From contig CAWEDJ010000084.1 in assembly GCA_963807635.1 (NCBI GenBank), forward strand, positions 1 to 12,285: 12,285 nt of DNA, given 5' to 3'. The notes under the pieces are model-generated. The model ran no database searches. It saw nothing but the letters and a program-made list of their open reading frames with translations, and was not told the DNA's origin. This stretch comes from an uncultured cyanobacterium (GTDB lineage Bacteria; Cyanobacteriota; Cyanobacteriia; Cyanobacteriales; Microcystaceae). Every line of letters begins with the position of its first letter. The first letter of the stretch is position 1. A program made the translations under genes and the position numbers. This document shows positions 1 to 9,139 of the stretch, piece by piece.

Positions 1-134
1 TAAACAAAAACACTAACCAAAATCTTGTAATAAGATTATTATTGCTTTTGTTGCTTTGTCATCGTTTTCGGTGTCGTAGTTGTGGTAAGAGTCACATCGT
101 TTTTTTACCGTTCTATCTTTTTTTAGAATAACTG

Positions 135-571
135 TTATTTGACTACTTCCAGACGAATCGCTTTGCCTTGGGAGTCGGTGCGATAAATCCAGGTTTTTTC
201 ATTATGACCAAGGATAATTTGCCAGCCCTGAACCAACATTTGAGTACAGAATTCATCCGTTTTCGCTAATCCTAAACAGCCATAGGCAAGGTCCTGGGTT
301 TCGCTATTTTTACGACTATTTCCTGAAAAGGAATTTTAGTTCTTTTGACCAGATCTTTGCGGACTAATTGAATAAGATTGGGCGGTGCAGAAATTTGATT
401 GGCTAGGAGTTCTGCCTTTGTTGAGTTTGACTCTATGGGAAGAGAAAACAAGGCTAAGGTATTTTGGAGAGTCAGAGTCCAAATGATCAAAGTACCTAGC
501 AAGATTTTAGTGGCAGATGATCCTAGAGAATAAATCTTTTGAATCCCAAAAAATGGTTGTTGTTGTTTCAT
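135..571 (-). CDS. Secreted/periplasmic hypothetical protein with a (W)PDGCLG-x-CTQ-x-GW-x-YRTD motif; one apparent frameshift at ~282
   Basis: ORF 272..571 has a hydrophobic N-terminal segment and ends KPRTLPMAV*. The adjacent frame continues GCLGLAKTDEFCTQMLVQGWQIILGHNEKTWIYRTDSQGKAIRLEVVK* to a TAA at 137-135. Adding one base gives ~145 aa. Confidence 0.75.
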
Positions 572-788
572 TATCCGTAATTTTTTCTAAGTCGGTGAAA
601 GCCTATCGTATTTGATTCTGATTAATGGGACTACGGGGGACTACGCCAATAAGGGAGTAATTTTAATTGCTTTTAGTCCGCAAAACGATTTTTTTCTAGT
701 TTAGCGAAGAAATTAGAGTAGTATTCTGAGAAATTGAGCATAAAAACAAATAGGATTTATGATCTAAATACTTTGATTGTTTTAAACT

Positions 789-2622
789 ATGTCTTTCTAT
801 TCTCGCCTTAAAACAACCCTTGTTGGTCATTCCCTACCGACGAGTGCCCATGCAGAGGAACGCCTCAGCAATGCGGAAGGATTGGCCGTATTGTCCTCCG
901 ATGCGTTATCTTCGGTTGCCTATGCGACGGAAGAAACCCTATTGGTTCTTATGGGATCGGGTAGTATCGCCTTTTGGTATTCCCTGCCGATCGCGATCGC
1001 CATTGTGGTTTTACTAATTATCGTCATGCTCTCCTATCGACAAACCATTAAAGCCTATCCCAAGGGCGAGGGTCTTACATCGTCGCGAGGGAAAACTTGG
1101 GTCTCTATCCTGGATTAATCGCGGCGGGATCACTCATGATTGACTATATTTTAACGGTGACAGTGAGCGTTTCGGCGGGTACGGCGGCTCTGACCGCAGC
1201 GATCCCCGCGCTCCAGCACTATACCGTTGATTTATGCCTAATTTTTATTCTTTTATTAACTATTACTAATTTGCGGGGGGTCAAGGAATCGGGACGAATT
1301 TTTATGATTCCGACCTATGCTTTTATTGGCAGTATTTTTATCCTCATTGCCGTCGGCATCTATCGTTTAATGACAGGTTTTTCGCCGCCCGCCTATCCCG
1401 ATTTACCGATACAGCATCCCTTGAGCTTATTTTTAGTCCTCAAGGCTTTTTCCGCAGGATGTTCGGCCATGACGGGGGTAGAAGCCATTTCCGACGGAGT
1501 TCTCGCTTTTAAATCCCCTGAATGGAAAAATGCTCGTCTGACCCTGCTGTGGATGGGAATTATTTTAAGCTTGATGTTTTTAGGCATTACGTCCTTAGCC
1601 CACGCCTATCATATTGTTCCCCTTGAAGGAAAAACGGTTTTATCCCAGTTAGGCAATCTTGTGTTTGGGGAAAGTTATTTTTATTATTTTCTTCAGATTT
1701 CGACCCTGTTAATCCTCCTATTAGCCGCTAATACCAGTTTTGCCGACTTTCCTCGCCTCTGTTATTTTTTGGGACGGGATGGCTTTTTACCCCGTCAGTT
1801 AGCCCATTTAGGCGATCGCCTAGTTTACTCGAATGGAATTATCTTTTTAAGTTTATTTGCGGCTTTTCTGGTGATCATTTTTCAAGGCAATGTTAACGCG
1901 GTCATTCCCCTCTACGCTGTGGGCGTTTTTACCTCATTTACTCTCTCTCAAGCGGGCATGGTACGCCATTGGTTCAGAAATCCTGTCCCAGGTTGGCAGG
2001 CCAGTGCCTTGATGAACGGTATCGGAGCCTTGGCTACCCTAATCGTTTTAGCGGTTGTTATTGCCACTAAATTTTTACTGGGGGCTTGGCTGGTTGTGTT
2101 CTCTATTCCGTTACTGGTCTCTCTCTTTATTGCGATTCATCGGCATTATCGTTATGTGGCGCAACGTTTAAGTCTGGATGGCGTTGCTCCTCGGAGTTAT
2201 CTTCCCCGTCCCAGGTGGAAACCATTACCCACCCCGCGATCGTGATCGTAGGACAATTGAATAAAGGAACTCTCGAAGCCCTGGACTATGCTCGCAGTAT
2301 TGCTGACCATATTGTGGGAGTTCATGTTGATATCGGCTCAACGGATCGAGAAAAGTTACAAAGACGCTGGCAGGAATTGGAAAATGATATTGACTTAGTG
2401 ATTTTGGACTCTCCTTATCGTTCGGTTGTTGGCCCCATTGTGGATTATATTAATGAGTTTGAAGCCCAGTATCCCGATATTCTTTCAACCATTATTATTC
2501 CTACTTTTGTGACCCGTAAGTGGTGGGAAAATATTCTCCATAATCAAACAACATTATTTCTGAAAGCTAGTTTGAGAGCTAGTAAAAAAAGGGTTGTGAC
2601 CAGTGTGAGGTATTATCTTTAA
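789..2622 (+). CDS. APC-superfamily permease, KimA/YdaO-like (probable K+ transporter); two apparent single-base deletions (~1068 and ~2211)
   Basis: Three consecutive ORFs (789-1118, 1097-2245, 2086-2622) join into ~611 aa. Motifs: LSSDALSSVAYATEE, YPKG(GGSYIVARENLG), SLMIDYILTV, TGVEAISDGV, ANTSFADFPRL, and in the cytoplasmic C-domain SPYRS and KWWENILHNQT. About 12 hydrophobic segments. Confidence 0.85.
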
Positions 2623-2663
2623 AAATTCTGATTTGACGGATTTTAATTATTTTTTTAGCAGAA

Positions 2664-3335
2664 CTAGAGAGTGGAGAAAAATTTTTTGGATTCCCAAATA
2701 TATAGATCATCGGGTCGATCCACATCGGTTAAAACGGGTAAATCATAAACCCTCAGTTTTTCTTGCTCAATAATTCTTTTCGTTTGAGCTAAAACGTGAT
2801 CGCTTCCCCAGTCAATATGATTAAAAAGTATCGGAAAAAACTGACTCAAACCGATTAAATAATAACCGCCATCACTTGCAGGGCCGAGAACCACATCATG
2901 GCAATTTAAAGCTAAAAAAGCCTCTTCAATCAGATGTGGATTCAAATCAGGACAATCAGTGCCAATAATGATTATTTTTTCTCTTTGATTTTTAAATCCA
3001 TCTTCAAACGCTCCTTGCATTCGTTTTCCTAAATCTTTCCCAAACTGGGGGTAATAGGAAAGAAAATTGATGCTTAAATGGGGATTATTGGCTAAAAAAG
3101 AGGACATTATAGGATTTAACCAAGTTTCCATTAGCAAGCGATCGCCGCCACTATAATAAATTCCTATTTCTAACGATTGATCTAAACCTAAAGTCAACAA
3201 ATTAAGCAAAGTATATTCCGCCATACGGGAGTGCAGATCCGCCGCCCCTTGTTCTCCTAAGGCGGGAATCATGCGAGTTTTGGTTTTGCCTGGGACAGGA
3301 TAGCGCGTAAAAATAATTAACCGTTTTTTGATCAT
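2664..3335 (-). CDS. TIGR04282/DUF2064-family glycosyltransferase-like protein (CofC-like fold; 'arsenosugar biosynthesis glycosyltransferase' annotation family)
   Basis: Family motifs LIIFTRYPVPGKTKTRM, DLGKRM, IIIGTDCP, VLGPASDGGYYLIG and DVDRPDDL; intact 223-aa ORF. Confidence 0.9.
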   Translation of the reverse strand: MIKKRLIIFTRYPVPGKTKTRMIPALGEQGAADLHSRMAEYTLLNLLTLGLDQSLEIGIYYSGGDRLLMETWLNPIMSSFLANNPHLSINFLSYYPQFGKDLGKRMQGAFEDGFKNQREKIIIIGTDCPDLNPHLIEEAFLALNCHDVVLGPASDGGYYLIGLSQFFPILFNHIDWGSDHVLAQTKRIIEQEKLRVYDLPVLTDVDRPDDLYIWESKKFFSTL

Positions 3336-3345
3336 GAAAAATTGC

Positions 3346-3960
3346 TTACCGCGATCGCTGAAAAATACTCAACATCACAGGCCCTAATAAATAATAATGA
3401 CCACAACAAATTAGTCCAACATTAGTCGCAAACCCTTCTCGTTGTTGGGAGCTATAAAAACGTAAACCCCCTGGAGTGATAGATAAATTTTGCTGTTTTG
3501 TTGTCCCGACATAATCCGCGAGATAAAAATAACCTTCAGGCATCAGGACACGACTAATTTCAGCAAAAACCTTTTGGGGATTGGGATAGTGCAAAAAACT
3601 AATTGTATTAAAAACTGCATCAAATTGATTGGGAACAAAGAGTAAGGATTCGGCATTTCCTTCACAAAAAATTAAACGGGGATGAGATTGATTTTCTGCC
3701 CGCGCTTGACGCAACATTTCAGGAGATAAATCGACTCCCGTTCCTTGTATTTCAGGAAATTTCTCACACAATCGGTTTAATAATTTTCCTGTGCCACAAC
3801 CTAAGTCTAATACTTTAGCTTGAACGGGTAATTGAACATAACTTAATAAGCTTTGATGAATGGCTTGATAAAAAATAGTTGTTAATAAGCAATCGTAGGT
3901 AGTAGCCCAATGGTCAAAAAATTGAGTTTTTTGCTTGAAGAAAGCATTCGTTTTTTCCAT
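3346..3960 (-). CDS. Class I SAM-dependent methyltransferase (UbiE/Methyltransf_11-like)
   Basis: Motif I VLDLGCGTG, GVDLSPEML, EGNAESL, FDAV, RVLMPEG; intact 204 aa; ends 10 bp before the TIGR04282 start. Confidence 0.9.
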   Translation of the reverse strand: MEKTNAFFKQKTQFFDHWATTYDCLLTTIFYQAIHQSLLSYVQLPVQAKVLDLGCGTGKLLNRLCEKFPEIQGTGVDLSPEMLRQARAENQSHPRLIFCEGNAESLLFVPNQFDAVFNTISFLHYPNPQKVFAEISRVLMPEGYFYLADYVGTTKQQNLSITPGGLRFYSSQQREGFATNVGLICCGHYYLLGPVMLSIFQRSR

Positions 3961-4013
3961 AAAAAACTTAGATTAAAAAAGGTTACTTTTGATGGTTGTT
4001 TTTTAAAAATTTA

Positions 4014-4843
4014 TTAGAGCCAATCTTCATCGTCTTCTTCCACATTATTAGATTCTATCGGACGCAAAGGAGGATTAATCACTCGGTAATTGGCATCATA
4101 AACCTGATTAGAATTTGAGGGTTTAGAAGAAAATTTTTCAGTCGTGCGGTCAGGAGGGATTTCGGCGGCAGTACGGGGTTCCCGATAGGTCTGGGAATAA
4201 ATAGTCCCTTCCTGGGAAGTAGTTTTCGGTTCCTGAGCTACTTCAAAACGTTTTAGGTCTTCATCCCGTAGGCGGGGTTGCGATTCACTCGGCTTAACAG
4301 CATCCCTGGAAGAGGATTCACCGTATAGTTTTCAGGGGGAGCTTGGGAGGAAAGGTCAATAGTCACTCGTCTCGGTATGTCCACAGGTTCGGGACGGCGA
4401 GGAATGTCCACAGGTTGCTCAACGGGTTCAGGCGATCGCCTTTCAACGGGTTGCGGCTCATCGTCTTCCCAATCATCTACTTCAGGGATCGGATTTTCCC
4501 ATTCCCACTGGGGATTGGTTGGGGTCTGAATACGAGTTTTTGTTTCAGGGGTTGGGGGACGGGGAGGTTCAGGCGATCGCGGTGGAGGGGTTGGGCGAGA
4601 ACGGGGACGAGAAGGCGCAGGGGGAAAAATGGGTCGGGCGATCGCGTTGAAAGATTGGAGAATCAGAGCAGTGATAATGCCTGCAACGATAAAAAGAATC
4701 ACCCACAATCCCAACGGAAAAGTGAAGGTCAACAGCGCGACCTTGGCATTATTCCCCAAAAAAAAGAGGGTAATGGGTTGTTTATTTTGCAGAAAAAAGA
4801 CAAATCCCGAACCGAAAAGCAATAAAAGGACAAGCCATCGCAT
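4014..4843 (-). CDS. LapA-domain-like membrane protein with a Pro/Glu-rich disordered tail; one apparent frameshift between ~4255 and 4332
   Basis: N-terminal TM-(LQNxxPITLFFLG)-PLGLWV-TM pattern. After the shift the frame continues RDAVKPSESQPRLRDEDLKRFEVAQEPKTTSQEGTIYSQTYREPR...VYDANYRVINPP...EEDDEDWL* to a TAA at 4016-4014; ~276 aa when repaired. Confidence 0.7.
4368..4452. repeat. Intragenic tandem duplications encoding (E/Q)PVDIPRR x2 and PVE x2
   Basis: ATGTCCACAGGTT at 4377 and 4404 (27-nt period); TCAACGGGTT at 4419 and 4443 (24-nt period). Confidence 0.75.
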
Positions 4844-4925
4844 AACCTAAATTCCGTTTTTAACGCCTCCATTCACCTCTCTAGCCACTCTAACACGCTT
4901 TCTACAAGGGATTGGACTGAATGAT

Positions 4926-5660
4926 TTAAAAACGAGGCATCCATTCTAAATATAATCCCACTCGATTGTCTTTTTGAGCGCGAGAATTTTGTTGCTGTAA
5001 ATCCGTCGAAATCCGTAAATTTTTAGTTAGAGCATAACCCACAGAAAGGGTCGAAATCCCCACTTCATTATCACTTCCTGGAGAAATAAAACTCTGAGAA
5101 AAAGCCAGATTTGCCGCCCCCGATCGCGACAAAGATAACATTATTTTTCCACCAATGTTAATTCCCTGGGTATTATAATTATTTGTTTGAATATAACGAT
5201 AACCAAGCACAGGCGCAATATTGATATAACTCCCTAAAGGCAAGAGATAATAATTTGCATTAACTCCCCCTGATTGACGATTACTAAATGACGTTTCGTA
5301 ATCCCCACTAAGGGTTAAACTAGATTTTCCGATAAATAAATCCTCTATGCCAATTCCCAGACCACTGCTATTATTAGAACTGGGAAATTGATTGTAACCG
5401 AGTCGAATTCGAGTCCGAAAACTCGGATCATTTTTGATCTCTTCTAGCAGATCGGGAACTTGTTTGTGCCAACGCTGTAAAACAGGACTAGTTTCCATGA
5501 TTTCTGGACTGAGATCGAGGGAATCCTCTGGTAGTTTCACTGCGCTTGGGGTTGATACTGGCTCACTTTTGACGCTCAGAGGACAAATTCCATTACCCAT
5601 ACTCCAAAGTATCAGGGTTAGGGACAGGGCATGATAACGAGAGAGGAGTTTGCTGGTCAT
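4926..5660 (-). CDS. Cyanobacterial hypothetical protein, probable outer-membrane beta-barrel
   Basis: Signal-peptide-like N-terminus; alternating amphipathic strands (LTLSGDYET, YINIAPVLGYRY, TLSVGYAL, LRISTDLQ); C-terminus VGLYLEWMPRF ends in Phe. Confidence 0.7.
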   Translation of the reverse strand: MTSKLLSRYHALSLTLILWSMGNGICPLSVKSEPVSTPSAVKLPEDSLDLSPEIMETSPVLQRWHKQVPDLLEEIKNDPSFRTRIRLGYNQFPSSNNSSGLGIGIEDLFIGKSSLTLSGDYETSFSNRQSGGVNANYYLLPLGSYINIAPVLGYRYIQTNNYNTQGINIGGKIMLSLSRSGAANLAFSQSFISPGSDNEVGISTLSVGYALTKNLRISTDLQQQNSRAQKDNRVGLYLEWMPRF

Positions 5661-5804
5661 AGAAACCGAGAAATAGGGTATGATAACGGGAGTTCTGTTC
5701 TAAGTCATGGTTTAAATTATCAGATTAAACAGATAATATCAATTATTAAATTAATTTTTGTATGATTTTTAAAAATTATAAGCAGCGAATGACAATTACT
5801 TTTT

Positions 5805-6200
5805 ATGAAGCCTATTTTTAAAAATTCTACCGATTGGGAACAAGCAGAATACTTAATGCAACCGTCTTTGATTCGGGTGATTGATAATTTGCGTAAGCAA
5901 TTAGAGGAATCGGTATGGAAAGGCACTTATACAGAAATTGAGCAACCTTATCCTGGTCATCAATTACATCTAACTTATCAAGATTATCATTACGCGATCG
6001 CCTTGTGGGATATTTGTTTTCAGGTATGCTTCTTAGATTATCAGGTTTTTCTATCAACTGATAGTACAGATTTAGGCGAACAGGAAGTTAGTATTGATAC
6101 TAGCCTTTTTCGGGAAACGGGAGAAATTGATTGGCAAAAATTAGAAGCCAAAACCCAACAAATTATTGATAAACTTTTTGCAAATTTACCGACAATTTAA
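5805..6200 (+). CDS. Conserved cyanobacterial hypothetical protein
   Basis: 131-aa ORF with conserved-looking blocks WEQAEYLMQPSLIRVIDNLRKQLE, LWDICFQVCF and GEIDWQKLE; ends 24 bp before ygfZ. Confidence 0.75.
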   Translation: MKPIFKNSTDWEQAEYLMQPSLIRVIDNLRKQLEESVWKGTYTEIEQPYPGHQLHLTYQDYHYAIALWDICFQVCFLDYQVFLSTDSTDLGEQEVSIDTSLFRETGEIDWQKLEAKTQQIIDKLFANLPTI

Positions 6201-6224
6201 TTTTATTGACAGAGGAATAACACC

Positions 6225-7217
6225 ATGATCTCAACAATTCCAGAAAATGATCTAGATATTCTAGCCAAATTGCCAGAACAACTTGCTTTTTATTCTCCTT
6301 TAAATAGTGGTCTATTACAACTAAAAGGAGAAGATAGAATTCGCTTTTTGCATAATCAAACTACGAATAATATTCAATTTTTAAAATCGGGACAAAACTG
6401 TGATACGGTCTTTGTGAATTCGACGGGGAGAACTCTCGATTTAGCAACGGCTTATATTTTAGAAGACGCTATTTGGATAAAAGTTAGTGCTAATCGTAGG
6501 CAGTTTTTATTTAACTGGATGGATCGCTTTCTATTTCCAATGGATAAAGTTGAGTTAACAGATATTTCTGAGCAGTACATTCTGGTAAATTTACTGGGAA
6601 AAGAAAGTGATGATTTTTTACAAACATTAGGTTTTACTCTACCCGAAGCGAATCATCAAAATTTAGTTACATTTAAAGATTCTTCTTTTTATATTGCTCA
6701 TGGAAATGATTTGGGGTTGCCTGGTTATACCCTCATACTGACCGTTGATCAGTTAACAACATTTCAAGATTTATTACAGGGACAAGGGGGAATTAAAATT
6801 AGCGATCGCGTTTGGGAACATCTTCGCATTACCCAAGGCCGACCTGCTCCTGAACAAGAGTTGACTGAAGACTATAATCCATTAGAAGCGGGACTCTGGA
6901 AGGCGATTTCCTTTGAAAAAGGTTGTTACATTGGGCAAGAAACGATCGCCAGACTCAATACCTATAAAGGTGTTAAACAAAGACTCTGGGGTATTAAATT
7001 AAGTGAATCTGTGGAAGTAGGAACTTTGATAACCCTAGAAGGTGAAAAGGTGGGAATTTTAACCAGCTTTACTGATTTAGAGTCTCCCTTTGGTCTGGGA
7101 TATGTGCGGACAAAAGCAGGAGGAGAGGGTCTAAAAGTTCAAGTTGGCACGGCTTCTGGGGAACTGGTGGCGGTTCCATTTCTCAGTCATGAATATTATC
7201 AACCCACGAAAGAATAA
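6225..7217 (+). CDS. ygfZ: YgfZ/GcvT-family folate-binding protein (Fe-S cluster maturation, IBA57-like)
   Basis: Signature KGCYIGQE; GEDRIRFLHNQTTN; RITQGRP; AGAGGA Shine-Dalgarno-like sequence at 6211-6216. Confidence 0.92.
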   Translation: MISTIPENDLDILAKLPEQLAFYSPLNSGLLQLKGEDRIRFLHNQTTNNIQFLKSGQNCDTVFVNSTGRTLDLATAYILEDAIWIKVSANRRQFLFNWMDRFLFPMDKVELTDISEQYILVNLLGKESDDFLQTLGFTLPEANHQNLVTFKDSSFYIAHGNDLGLPGYTLILTVDQLTTFQDLLQGQGGIKISDRVWEHLRITQGRPAPEQELTEDYNPLEAGLWKAISFEKGCYIGQETIARLNTYKGVKQRLWGIKLSESVEVGTLITLEGEKVGILTSFTDLESPFGLGYVRTKAGGEGLKVQVGTASGELVAVPFLSHEYYQPTKE

Positions 7218-7256
7218 AATATAACGATGTTTAATAAAGTCTTTTATTAACATTAA

Positions 7257-7276
7257 CAAGGGGCTTAAGCCCTTTG
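7257..7276. repeat. 20-bp near-perfect palindrome CAAGGGGCTTAAGCCCTTTG (short dispersed cyanobacterial repeat or terminator-like hairpin)
   Basis: Self-complementary around CTTAAG with one mismatch (G-U compatible); intergenic, downstream of ygfZ. Confidence 0.6.
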
Positions 7277-7319
7277 CCTGTATTTAGTGATCAAAACTCA
7301 ATAAATTAAGATTGATAAT

Positions 7320-9083
7320 ATGTCTAAATTGTTTACTAATCTAACAATAAGTAGTTTTTTAGTAATAGGAAATACAAACGTTTTGTTAGCTCAAACCGAA
7401 AAATCTCTATTTTTAGCCTATCCCCCAAATAATCATCAAACAAGTTCCCGTAAAATTTTCTTGATTGGAAATGCGCCCGAAGATGCTCAAGTTTTGATTA
7501 ATAACTATCCTGTCGAACGTAGCAAAACGGGTAATTTTGCCCCCACTTTTCCCTTGAACTTAGGGACAAATCAATTTACTATCCGTTATAAAGATCAGGA
7601 AATTCAACGCACTATTGTCCGCACCAGTTCCCAACCTGTTTTTCCTACGGGTTTGGGTTTTGCGACTAATTCCCTTTCCCCTAATCAAGACATCGCCCGT
7701 TTACCAGGAGAATCGATTTGTTTTTCGGCGATCGCGCCCAGTAATTCTCAGGTTTCCGTTCAACTCGGTAATCAAACTCTTCCCCTACTTCCCCAAGGAA
7801 AAAATGTTGAATTACCCCCCAATTCTGCCGTTTTAAATAATGCCAATCAACCGATCGCGGAATCGACGGGAGAGTTCAAAGGATGTGTCAGTTTTGGGCA
7901 AGCGGGCAATGTGGGAGTCCCCATTTTTCAACTGCAAAAAAATAATCAAACAATCACAGAATCGGGTAAAGGAAATATTACAATTCTCTCGCCGAACGTC
8001 CTAGATGTGGTGGAAGTGACTGCCGAAGCAGGAGTTGCGAGAACAGGCCCCACGACCGACCATTCTCGATTAACACCCCTACCCAAGGGAACTCAAGCAA
8101 GTGTAACGGGCAGAGAAGGTAATTGGCTCAGGCTAGATTATGGGGCTTGGATTTTAGCATCAGAAACCCGTCTTTTGGACACCCAAGTTGCACCGCGATC
8201 GCTGATTCGGAGTGTCACTTCTCGACAGACAGAAAACGCGACGGAAATTATTTTTCCCCTGCAAGTTCCTGTTCCCGTCACTATTAAGCAAGAAGACAAT
8301 AAATTTTCCCTCACGCTCCATAACACTACGGCCCAGACCGATACAATTCGTTTAGATAATGATCCTGTTATTCAGCGTCTCGATTGGCAACCCATTCAGC
8401 CGAATCAAATTAAATATACTTTTTTACTTAAATCTAAACAGCAATGGGGTTATGACCTCCGCTATGAAGGAACCAGTTTAATTCTTTCTCTGCGCCATCC
8501 TCCCCAGTTAACCCAAGATTTTCCTTCTCTCAAAGGTGCGACGATTTTGTTAGATGCAGGTCATGGGGGCAAAGAATCGGGGGCGATCGGGCCGACAGGT
8601 TATCCCGAAAAACAGATTAATTTACTGATCACCGAAAAACTGGCTCCTATTCTCAGACAACGGGGCGCGATTGTCCATTTAACTAGAGAAACCGATGTGG
8701 ATGTTTCCCTCGGCGATCGCGTTAATTTGATTAATCAACTCAAACCAACGGTGGCGATTTCTATTCATTATAATTCCCTGCCCGATGGTGGAGATGCGAT
8801 CAAAACCAAAGGATTAAGCACTTTTTGGTACAATCCCCAGTCCCAGGATCTGGCCATGTTTTTACAAACCTCTCTGGTCAAAAAACTCAATCGACCGTCC
8901 TACGGCGTGTATTGGAATAATCTCGCGCTAACTCGTCCCCACACCACCCCTGCCGTTCTGTTGGAATTGGGTTTTATGATCAATCCCCAGGAATTTGAAT
9001 GGATCACCAGTCCCTCCGACCAAGAAAAATTAGTTAACGCGATCGCTGATGGAATTACAGAATGGCTCCATAAATCCAAATAG
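7320..9083 (+). CDS. N-acetylmuramoyl-L-alanine amidase (Amidase_3) with N-terminal Ig-like, SH3b-like and AMIN-like regions
   Basis: Zn-amidase motifs ILLDAGHGG, EKQINL, ISIHYNS and VLLELGFM; signal-peptide-like N-terminus; SH3b-like VTGREGNWLRLDYGAWI. Confidence 0.92.
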   Translation: MSKLFTNLTISSFLVIGNTNVLLAQTEKSLFLAYPPNNHQTSSRKIFLIGNAPEDAQVLINNYPVERSKTGNFAPTFPLNLGTNQFTIRYKDQEIQRTIVRTSSQPVFPTGLGFATNSLSPNQDIARLPGESICFSAIAPSNSQVSVQLGNQTLPLLPQGKNVELPPNSAVLNNANQPIAESTGEFKGCVSFGQAGNVGVPIFQLQKNNQTITESGKGNITILSPNVLDVVEVTAEAGVARTGPTTDHSRLTPLPKGTQASVTGREGNWLRLDYGAWILASETRLLDTQVAPRSLIRSVTSRQTENATEIIFPLQVPVPVTIKQEDNKFSLTLHNTTAQTDTIRLDNDPVIQRLDWQPIQPNQIKYTFLLKSKQQWGYDLRYEGTSLILSLRHPPQLTQDFPSLKGATILLDAGHGGKESGAIGPTGYPEKQINLLITEKLAPILRQRGAIVHLTRETDVDVSLGDRVNLINQLKPTVAISIHYNSLPDGGDAIKTKGLSTFWYNPQSQDLAMFLQTSLVKKLNRPSYGVYWNNLALTRPHTTPAVLLELGFMINPQEFEWITSPSDQEKLVNAIADGITEWLHKSK

Positions 9084-9139
9084 TGCTTCATTTTCCTAAA
9101 TATTATGGATTATTAACCGATTCAGACCCCCAAAAAACG

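Noticed and set aside
1..100. Possible start of a minus-strand membrane-protein gene running off the left edge (...NNNLITRFWLVFLF)
   Set aside because: The open frame has no start codon upstream of this segment unless another frameshift is assumed; too little sequence to support a call.
627..646. GGGACTACG tandem repeat (2 copies, 10-nt period)
   Set aside because: Only two short copies with no spacer structure; not CRISPR-like and no supportable function.
572..788. ydaO/c-di-AMP riboswitch upstream of the KimA-like gene
   Set aside because: I could not find the conserved riboswitch segments or the paired architecture; an Infernal scan with the ydaO-yuaA model would settle it.
1060..2220. 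Programmed ribosomal frameshifting or phase variation as the cause of the split permease and other genes
   Set aside because: No slippery heptamers or long homopolymer/SSR tracts at the sites; shifts occur in both directions in unrelated genes, including psbB.
4343..4850. Plus-strand ORFs of 160 aa and 73 aa
   Set aside because: Antisense shadows of the Pro-rich LapA-like gene; Arg/Gly-rich composition with no recognisable motifs.
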